Assembly: GCF_006345805.1 (NCBI RefSeq)
Contig: NC_042998.1
Location: forward strand, 81,778,001 to 81,842,000
Direction: 5' to 3'
DNA length: 64,000 nt
Source of the DNA: Octopus sinensis
Lineage: Eukaryota
The translations under genes and the position numbers were made by a program. Positions 54,365 through 64,000 of this stretch are shown here, piece after piece; position 1 is the first letter of the stretch; each line of letters begins with the position of its first letter. The notes under the pieces are model-generated. The model worked only from the letters and a program-made list of their open reading frames with translations. It ran no database searches and was not told the DNA's origin.

Positions 54365-54655
54365 GACTCCGACAACGGAGGTTCCAGATGACCCGATCAA
54401 TAGAACAGCCTGCTCGTGAAATTCGCGTCCTAGTGGCTGAGCACTCCACAGACGCGTACCTTTAACGTAGTTCTCAGGGAGATTCTGCTTGACAAACAAT
54501 GTGACAAGGCCGGCCCTTTTGAATTAAAGGTACTACTAATTTTTGCCAGCTGATTGTCCTTGAGCAACGTGAATTAAAGTTAGTTGCTGAAGGATACAAC
54601 GCGCCACCTGAAATCGAACGGCCGACCTTACGATCATGAGCCGAATACCATAACT
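54365..54655 (-). mobile_element. Family-C SINE
   Basis: GATGACCCGATCAATAGAACAGCCTGCTCGTGAAATT...GTGGCTGAGCACTCCACAGAC...AACGTAGTTCTCAGGGAGATTC...AATCGAAC. Confidence 0.85.
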
Positions 54656-54799
54656 ACAAAGCTTCTCTCTCCCTCTCTCTCTCTTACCTCCCCATATATC
54701 ACATGTGCAAATCATTGATTCAGACATCTGTACGTGCATGAATGCATGCATCCAATCGTATATAAATACATAGATACACACACATAATACCCATATATA

Positions 54800-55028
54800 T
54801 TTCTTTACTGCCCACAAGGGGCTAAACATAGAGGGGACAAACAAGGACAGACAAAAGGATTAAGTCGATTACATCGACCTCAGTGCGAAACTGGTACTTT
54901 ATTTATCGACCCCGAAAGGATGAAAGGCAAAGTCGACCTCGGCGGAATTTGAACTCTGAACGTAGCGGCAGACGAAATACTGCTAAGCATTTCGCCCGGC
55001 GTGCTAACGTTTCTGTCAGCTCGCCGCT
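54800..55028 (-). mobile_element. Family-A SINE, full length
   Basis: Closely matches the 23106-23340 copy in reverse complement, including the TTTAGCCCCTTGTGGG.AGTAAAGAAAT tail. Confidence 0.92.
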
Positions 55029-55127
55029 GACACATAATCCCCATATACAGTAGAACCTCGGTTTTCGAACAACTCTGATCACGAATAAATTCGTACTGTA
55101 TCTCTTGTCTTTCTCATATTCATTTAA

Positions 55128-55472
55128 TACAGTAAGTACCTCGGTGTTCGAACACCTCTGATCATGAATAAATCGTGCTTCATACATATCTATATCTATC
55201 TATTGTGTTTGTTTCAGCACACGATCTCAGATCAGGTCATTTTCTATGCAGGTACATCTCCATAAATGCGAAAGCTTGAATGAGACTACCAAAATTCTGA
55301 GGAAAGCTTGAGAAAAACAAACAGCTGAGCAACAGGCATTTAAATGTTGAAATGAATCTAACGGTTTTTGTGTGTTTTTAAATGTCCTTTAAACACCTTC
55401 ATCGCTGCAATTGTTTTTGTTTCAGTACACGATCTCACATCAGGTCACTTACTATGCAAGTACATCTCCGTA

Positions 55473-55512
<40 letters not shown>

Positions 55513-55570
55513 TATATCAAGCACGATTTATTCACGATCAGAGTTGTTTGAAACCCGAGATACTACTTTA
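55128..55570. mobile_element. Tigger/pogo-like MITE with ~55-bp TIRs
   Basis: TACAGTAAGTACCTCGGTGTTCGAACACCTCTGATCATGAATAAATCGTGCTT / AAGCACGATTTATTCACGATCAGAGTTGTTTGAAACCCGAGATACTACTTTA; internal ~50-bp direct repeat at ~55209 and ~55418; an extra TIR copy at 55046-55100. Confidence 0.8.
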
Positions 55571-56104
55571 GACACACACACACACGCACACAAACATACA
55601 CACACTCATACGCAGAGATGCGAGTTCTTCTACACCACTGATTCTCTTCTGTTACTTGAAAAAATAAGTAGGTAAAAAAATAAATAATTAAATAAATATG
55701 CAATACTTCTCATATCACCACTTCGTATTCAAAAAATTCTTTTTATCATGTTGAACGGTTAGATTAAGATGAACAAGAGCTAAAATGACAACAACGAACA
55801 TGACATGCACCGCAACAACTCTACCGATAACATCACCACAGAATCAGTTGTTGCAGGAATGAATAACTTTTCAAATAATTTTTTTCCCTCACTTTTATAT
55901 ATCTCAACACATTCTTCGCACAACAAAGTCAGTGATGTCGAAAACCTACTCTCTGAAAGAAAAAAAAAAAAAATACCCAGCAAATACTCACCGGAATATA
56001 TTCTAAATAAATATGTAACATGTAAAAAAAGCTAGAATTTCTGTAATTAACCTTTTATTTAGTTATTCAACTTCAACAATAACCTTTCTAGGGATAATAT
56101 GATT

Positions 56105-56505
56105 TCTAATTTTGGAAGAAGGACAGCCATTTTTAGGGGTAGGGAAACTCGATTCGCATCAATCCCTGTATTTCAACTGATATTTGATTTATCGACCTTG
56201 ACAGTCCACCTCAGCAGTATTTGAACTCAGAATGTGTGGAATCGGAAGAAATGCTGCTTTGTATTTTTGTCGGTACGGTAATGATTCTGCCGGTCTACCG
56301 CCTGTCACTGCCCAGAATAATTTCTACTATATGCACAAAGCCTGAGATCATGGGAAGAGGACTAGGTGATTATATCGACCATCCTAGTGCTTAACTGTCA
56401 CTTATTTTCCGTCGACCTCGGTGGAATTTGAACTCAGGAGATAAAGACCGACAACATGCCACTAAGCACTTTTTCAGGCCTGCTAACGGTTCTGCCAGTT
56501 CACTG
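56105..56505 (-). mobile_element. Two adjacent diverged family-A SINEs
   Basis: TTTGAACTCAG B-boxes at ~56220 and ~56427 with flanking family-A motifs. Confidence 0.8.
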
Positions 56506-57184
56506 CTTTCTTTTTTTATTATTGCAGTTAATATCAAAGCCACAACGAAACCAACCAAAATACGAAAGCACAAGCGTATCACACTCGCAAAATATACGGC
56601 GACAAACAATGTAATCAATAGGTATACAACACATAGCCTTAACACAAACTCACTGAATAGACTCCATTATAAAACTCACAGCTTGGTCTTCATGGAACTG
56701 AAACACTTAAATTACCGCACACTGCACTAACTGTGAAATAATACAAGAAACAAAGCTGCCACCCCAACAAAGGACTTATAGAAAATGTAGTCTAATGTTG
56801 TACAACTCAAACTATAGCAGACGCTGTTACGAATATTTGCTGTGGGTGTTTGCAGAAATTTTCTATCTGTGCAAATTTTACCTTCCTTTTCCAGAGTTGC
56901 GCGCTTCCATGAGATCGATCATCGCTCAAATTTCTTTCATTAACGGTAAAGTTCGTTCTCATGCTGAAAAGTTTGGGTGCATTGGTTTCCTTTGTGAGCT
57001 AAGTGTCAAACTGTGTGTACTCAAGCATCAATCCCGTTATGCATATATATATTATATATACACATATATATATGTGTATGTGTCTGTGCGTGTGTGTCTG
57101 TGCATATATATATATATATTTATACGTGCATCACTCATTCATACACACAGACACACACACGCTCATATATATATAAGAAATTAA

Positions 57185-59848
57185 AGAAGGAAAATGCACA
57201 CACTTTACATAGTTTTAATATAATCTTTAATATATCGAGCGGCAGGTTTCGCTTTTGCTCTTTATGATATTAAGATTTATTTAAGTACGCATTTTCTTAA
57301 GAAGAGATTTTTATCCATGTTGTGTGTGATATTTACGAGTTTATGATTTAACATGTAGGAAAGTCAGGGGAGGTAATTGGTTATCGTTATTACTGTTATT
57401 GTTGTGGGCAAGGGAGATAACTGTTCAGCTTTGAGTGAGGTGGCGGGATATATATATATATATATATATACCTACACAAAATTCGAAAATCTAGTTTTGT
57501 GGGGAGATTTATGTACAGGGATGTAATCGTGAATATAAATATGTAAAGAGATATAAAATTCGGTTACGCGTGCGTATTAAGACGCGGTCTATATTGTTCG
57601 CTGAAAAAACTTCCTTTATTTAAGTGTTCTTATGGAGAAATTGTATGTTTGCACTGGTAGAAGGGGAAGACTGTAATTTGATTTGATGTTATCTGCACAT
57701 TTCTCTATATGTTCACTTAGAAGAATTTGTCTGTATTGCGGGAACCAGATTCGCTCTTTATGTAGAGTGGTTCTCCGTCTCAAAGTTATACTCTTCTGCC
57801 CCAATATAGTTTTGTCCCTAACCCGAGCAAGGTATTACATAAATTAGGTTCTCAGAGGCACAAGTGTAACTGATTTTAATTATGAACCTCTCTCCTTGTT
57901 TGTAAAGGAAATCTGAGCCTTCAAGTAAGTTGAGGCAAGTTCCACAGTTTGTGCGTCCACATTTTTTTAACCGTTGGTTTCGTGGTTGTTTTGTAAAGCT
58001 TCGCAATTGTTAGCAGTCTCTTTAGCGATTTGTGTTGCTTTTTGCATTTGATGAGTTTATGCGTTTTCAGGATGTCTTTCATTTTTGGATCTCTCGTTAG
58101 TAGAGGGAGATTTTGCACAATAGTATTGTATGCCTCACTGTTTCTGAGGTTGTGTGTTGAAATAAACAGTAGTGTTTTGAAGTGAGGTGTGATGTTATGT
58201 TTTCTTGTCCTTAGTGTTTTTATGTCTAATTTCTTAGCACGCTTAATTAACTCGTCTATAAGTGAGGGTGGATATTGTCTTTCTGTCAGCGTTGTTTTGA
58301 GGTCTTGAAGACGAAGGCCCCGAGTAGTTCTATCAGGCACTATTGTGCAAATCCTTTTTGCCAAATTAAAGGGGATATTTATTTTGATGTGCTTCGGGTG
58401 CATGAGCTAAAGAGGAGATATTGTTTCGGGTTCATTAGTTTATGATAGATGTCAGTTATAATTTTATTGTTGACTTTTTTTTGTCATGCTGTCTAAAAAT
58501 GGAAGCTATTCTTCTTTATATTCCTTATATTCCATTGTGAATTGAAAGTTACTATTTATATCGTCTAGTGTTGATTTCAGATCCAAAACTTTGTCGATGT
58601 TCTTCCAAATGATAAAACAGTCATCTAGGTATCTTTTCCATTTTTCTCTTATGTGAAGGTAAAATGGCTAACCATAGTTTTGAAGTGATACTTCATGTAA
58701 AGTGAATTCAAAATAGCCCAAGAACAGGGGCTACTTTTGTTCCCATCGCAATTCGGCTCTTCTGAAATTAGTATGTGTAATCAAATAGGAAACAATTGTT
58801 CTGAAGTATAAATTTTAAAGGCTCAACTACAAAGATCTGATTTATGCGTTCCGAGATTACTTCGGTGTACTTTTCCAACCAGAATTTGATTGCCTCTAAT
58901 CCATAGTCATGTGGGATGATGGTGTAAATATTGATAACATCGAAGGGAATCAATATCACCTCTTCATTAACTGATTTTGGTAGGTGTTCTAACATGTATA
59001 AATCGTCTCTAATGAAACATTTGAAGTATTTCAGCAACGCTTTCAGTAGGATGTCTAGAAAATTGCTCAGGCGGCGGGTTTCACAGCCTGGGCTCGACAT
59101 AATGGGTCTTAAAGCTAAGTCTTCTGGCGTTTGAATATTTATGTATTTGCCTTGTGATTGTTTGCAGACTTCATTGATTATCTTGCTCTTGTGTATTTTA
59201 GGATGGCCGTAACAAAAACTGGGATTATATTTGAAGTTCGTGATGTAGTTTGTTTCTTTTTCTGTCAGGCCGTTTCCATGTAGAAGTATTAGGGATACAA
59301 GATGTGTCATTGTTTTTAGTTGTTTATAGTTTATAACTTTTCTAGTATGGATAATACTAGGTTTTCATAGTGTTCTGTGTCTATCAGGACTACAGCACTT
59401 CCTTTGTCTGCCTCTTTAATTATCAGGTCTTTGTCGTTTCGTAGTTCAATTAGATTTTCCCATTTTTCATTTATGGAAAGTATATGGGAAATTTTGGATA
59501 TGGTCGCAGACGTCATCCAGTGTTTTATTCCTACCTTTATGTAGAAGGTAATTACTTCTGTTTGACTCATCTTCGTTGTTGTAATCAGTTAGTGCTTCTG
59601 CCAGTCGTAGTTTTCTGCAGGATTCTGAAATATTGTCTTTAATTTCATTATTATCAGATCTTCGTGGGGTTGGAGTAAACTTTAATCCTTTTGCTAGTAT
59701 ACTGATTTTTTTTTTGATAAATTTATTAGTTTAGGTTTCGCCTGTAAGTTTTGTTCCGTGTGTCCCTGTTTTTCTCCACATGGTCTAAAATATGTTTACT
59801 GTAATTCGGTTGGTAGAAGTTATTAGTGTTATTATTGTTATTCATTAA

Positions 59849-59888
<40 letters not shown>

Positions 59889-60560
59889 TGGTATTGCTAG
59901 GATATTGGTATTGCTGCCTAGTTAAACTAGTTCGAAGCACGTGTTTCGGGTTTCTTTGCTGCAATAAATTGTTGGGGTGCTTAATTATGTTTGGGATGCT
60001 GGGGAGCTGGTTGTGCTGCTGGGTAAATGGGTTGAGAATCTGTAGGTTGATTTTCTTCGTTGAGGGTTAAAGGGAGTCTCTTGGATGTTTCTAGTTGCTG
60101 GGGAGAAAAAATTACTCCTAACCCTAGATTTGTTTCTTCTGCTATTTATTATTAGTGAGTTTTCCCTGTTACTAGATAGAGAATGGTTTACTTCCAGATG
60201 AGGAGTCAGTTTTGTATGCTTGTGTTCTTTTGGATATTGATAGTTTGATTTGGTAGACGTGTATTTATTTCTGTAGATGTACTTATTCGGGATTTTTTCA
60301 GGAAGGGGTTATCTGAAGTGTAGTCTCTTTTAAACTGGGCTTCGTAACCAAGGAAGGAGTTTACACTATTTTCCAATCGTTGCAAGGAATTTATTTCCTC
60401 TGACTCACAACTGTCTTTCCATAGTTATATAACACCTTCCAAAAGTTGTTCATCAGCATGTTTAGAGTGTTCGGTGTGCATTTCTTCATCAATCGTTATA
60501 TATTTTTGTTCGTTATTCGATGCTCTGAGTTTGAGTTTATATGTATAAACGATATAAATG
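57185..60560 (-). mobile_element. Penelope-like retroelement (probably Neptune-type), decayed
   Basis: Contains the RT/GIY-YIG relic listed next; ends near a TA/CA microsatellite; outer boundaries approximate. Confidence 0.8.
57616..59720 (-). pseudogene. Penelope-like RT + GIY-YIG endonuclease, frameshifted
   Basis: LAKGLKFTPTP; IIKEADKGSAVV; YGHPKIHK..LRPIMS; FDVINIYTIIPH; IAMGTKVAP; WKRYLDDCFIIW (58620-58640); HPKHIKINIPFNLAKRI; Cys linker CGRTNCGTC; NLIYVIPCSG*GQNYIGQ. Confidence 0.93.
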
Positions 60561-60584
60561 TTATTTTTTACCTCTTATTTGTTT

Positions 60585-60960
60585 CAGTCATTAGCCTGCT
60601 GTTTTTCCGGGCCGGGCCAAATGACTCGAAGAATTTTAGTCGAACCAATTTATGCCAATATTTATATTTTTTAAGCCTACTACTTATTTTATCGGTGTTT
60701 TCTGTGAAGCTGATACGTTACGGCGATGTTAATACACCAACATCGGTCGTGAAGCAGTGATGGTGCTTAAGAAACACACGTATACACACACTCACACACA
60801 TTGACATATACGACTGGGTCCCTTTAAGTTTCTACCTGCCAAATCCATTAAGCATGGATTTGGTCGACTTGAGGCTATAGTAGAAGACTTTTGCCTAAGG
60901 TGCCACGCAGTGGGACTGAACTCAGAGCCAGGTGCCTGGAAAGCAAACTTCTTACCACGC
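60585..60960 (-). mobile_element. Family-B SINE
   Basis: GAGGCTATAGTAGAAGACTTTTGCCTAAGGTGCCACGCAGTGGGACTGAAC...CTTACCAC, plus the 3' part ACACCAACATCGGTCGTGAAGCAGTGATGG. Confidence 0.85.
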
Positions 60961-60995
<35 letters not shown>

Positions 60996-60997
60996 CA

Positions 60998-61065
<68 letters not shown>

Positions 61066-64000
61066 GTATATGCGTGTATATGTATGTATGTGAGTGCGTA
61101 TGTGTGTGTATGTGTTGTGTGTGTGTGTTGACGGGCTCCCGTAAAATACTTTTGGGTGCATTTAAGGCATGAGAAAAATTTTTAACATGTAAGCGTCCAA
61201 TATCAAAACCAAGAACTACAAAGTGCATATGAGAAAACCTTATCTACTAACAACAATGTAAATAGCAGATCAAATGAAAAACAAACTAGCAAATTAAATA
61301 AAAAAAAACTGAAAGAAAACCTGTAAACTCAGCAGAGATGTTTCTTCGACGTAAATTGAATGGAATAGTAAAGCACTTCAGAAAATAAGAACACAAGATG
61401 TCTTCAACACAACAACATAGAAGGAAAAAATTATGTAGAACGCATAACAGTTTACATCATTTTAATAACCATTGACGTCAACAAAGCTAACTTCATTACT
61501 TGCTATTCATGGTGAATGGAGCCAATCGTAAGCTAAAATTTCATTATAAACAGCAAAAAAGCTCAATGACAAACTGTATGACGTTGCAAAGCCGATTTAC
61601 AGTACTGTTACAATACAACTAGAAACTTTAATTTCCCGTACAGATCACAGCAGACATTTTACTTCTCTTCACATGATATCTGGCTAATAGCGACGTGACC
61701 TTCATACACTCAAACAACAACACAAACTTCGCTTGAACACATACACACTGCGGACCTAAACATAATTAAAATACCTACGATACTGCTACAGCATACACTG
61801 CATGGCTAGAGTATGTAGTATAACCGGATAACATCGTACAGATACACTAGACGCTTTCTTATGTAACTTGTCTAAGCAAAACGAATAATTAACTCTAGAT
61901 TATGTATTATATATTAAGCAGATTCACCAGGAGCTAACACTGTTCTATCCATGCGACAAATCTTTCGACATATGTCACAGCATTTTACCAAAAAACATAA
62001 AACATTTCATTTATCACAATGTTGTCCGCAGTCTTCAGGTAAACGCCAATAATCCAATGAAATGAAATTATTCAAAATAAAAGAATTTCACGAAGTACAG
62101 TTTGATACCGCCACTAAGTTTCGCTCATAAAATCCCCGCAGTTACATGTTTAATAATACTCAGGTCACAAGCGCAAAAAAGCGACCTTAAATCCCTCTCA
62201 TATTTACAGACAGAATGAAAAGAACGAGACGGGAGGTGGTTAAGAAAATGTATGTACTGACGTACGTACCCTACTGTATATGACAATCAACTGGATGTCG
62301 GAGTTCATATAATTATCTTGAAACAGGCGCAGGCATATCCTGTGCGGAACAAGAGCAATGTATATGTCGATCGTACTTCGCAGCAATAGATATTTTCCCA
62401 TTAGAGTTTCCGTAGTTACACGGAAACGATAATAAAGATATTTTTAACAGTAATAAAAAGTAATAAGATTACGAAAAATAATTGTCCACTAGTATTTCAG
62501 TGACGATGACAAAGACAGGAGAAGGCACTGTCGACATTTCTTTAATGCTTTAAATATTATCGAAACGTATCAGCTCGTCTGTTGCAACCTGATCCCAGAT
62601 TAAACAGTTTAGGTTATTCGAAAAGAACAAAAGGAGTCAGCTGATATGAGAATATGTAAAAATGGCAATAACTGAAAACTTGACGAGGGTTAATGGCTCT
62701 TTCACATTTTGAATATATGTGAACTAAAATAAAAACAATGTCACGAAGACTTCTAAATAAGATTTCATTTCTTATCTTTTACTAAGTTGTTCTATAGACT
62801 CAGATATATATCAACAAAGTTTTCCTCTCTTCTCTCCTTCGACTTTTATATACACCACGTTTATCATTTATCAACGTCACGATCTTTTACAGTTCTATTA
62901 CAGGATTTGATAGAAATTATTGTAGACTGTGTTAAGGTTACATTGATTGTTTTGCTTTTTTAAAAAAGAATTTGTATGGTTTACAATTCACTTGTATAAA
63001 TGTGAAGGAGTTTTTAGCTGCACTGAGGGGAGGAAGAATTAAAGTCGTGATTAAGTGACTACTGGTTCGTCTTTTATTACATTCAAAACTTCATGATGAA
63101 TTTAAATTCAACGAGATTGTATATTCATTCGCTTTCTGTGGTTTCTGTAACTCCGGGAAATATTTAAAGAATATCGAAGAGTCAATAATGCAGAAGATAT
63201 GATACCAAGACGCAACATTTTCGCTCCAATGTATTTTAGAAGGCAACATACGTTTGAAAACTATAAAATTTTCCTAAAGTGTTTGATATATCTAATTTAA
63301 AATGATTTACTCGTTACTTGAACAAAAAGAGATTATCTCTACTTTAAATAATATACAATCTTCCTCGTTATAATCATAAATTCCACCTCTTTTTGTTATA
63401 CCGTATCATAATATTGCAAATGTGAATGCATTGCTCAGTATTTCGTTAAATGGTGAAAGCTCTGAAGAAAATTCTTTAATCCTGATGACGTTAACGAAAT
63501 GCACACAACATATCTAAATGCAAGGTAATTCTCGCTTCACAGCAAGATTAAAGCATAAGGGTAAAGTTATCTCATATTTTAAAAATATTTCTACTGAAAA
63601 TATTTGAGAAAACAGTGGAGATCGCATGATATTCATATTCCCCGAGAAGGAAATTATAATGAATATATGAAGCTAAGTATAAATTAAACACAAACCATAG
63701 AAAATAATATGTTTCATACAGTATGAAACATATTATTTTCTATTTTCATTCTGTGTCATTTTCTTAAACATAGTCAATATAAATATAGCAGCGGGCATTA
63801 TAAATTAACATCTATAGTTCTCCATAACATTCCTATATTCTTATATATTCATTGGCTCTAAGCGTCCACGAATCTACATTAACAATATATAACAATGGCT
63901 CGAAGCTAATTTTGGTTTAATATCGCTCAGAAATTGCAGTAGCAAACAGAAGAAAGTATTGGCTTTGCTTCTGAAATGATTTAATTTTGTATCTTCTTAC

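Noticed and set aside
62495-62580. GTGACGA...GAAACGTATC hammerhead-like string
   Set aside because: No convincing stem I or II; consistent with chance.

Overview
AT-rich, microsatellite-dense animal genomic DNA. The tRNA-derived SINE families and repeat landscape look like an Octopus (cephalopod) genome; this is inferred from recalled repeat families, not from a search. I found no intact host protein-coding gene. Bases 1 to ~19.9 kb are an old, degenerate ~59-bp tandem array with a ~1.0-1.3-kb higher-order period. It is interrupted by a complete but decayed hAT (Charlie/Buster-type) transposon with a perfect 8-bp TSD, and by SINEs and MITEs. The rest is a mosaic of three SINE families, LINE relics (R4/Dong, CR1-like, RTE) and a decayed Penelope-like element (RT + GIY-YIG). 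The most notable signal is about 15 minimal type-I hammerhead ribozyme motifs, read by eye on both strands, belonging to roughly nine short non-coding element families. Most lie next to (TA)n or other microsatellite tracts and several are in tandem or inverted arrangements. Their stem-III regions differ in sequence but are almost always palindromic, and some cores are recurrent variants (U3-A8, CCGANGA, CUGUUGAA). This fits Penelope-terminal-repeat or retrozyme-like non-autonomous elements. All coordinates were counted by hand and may be off by a few bases.
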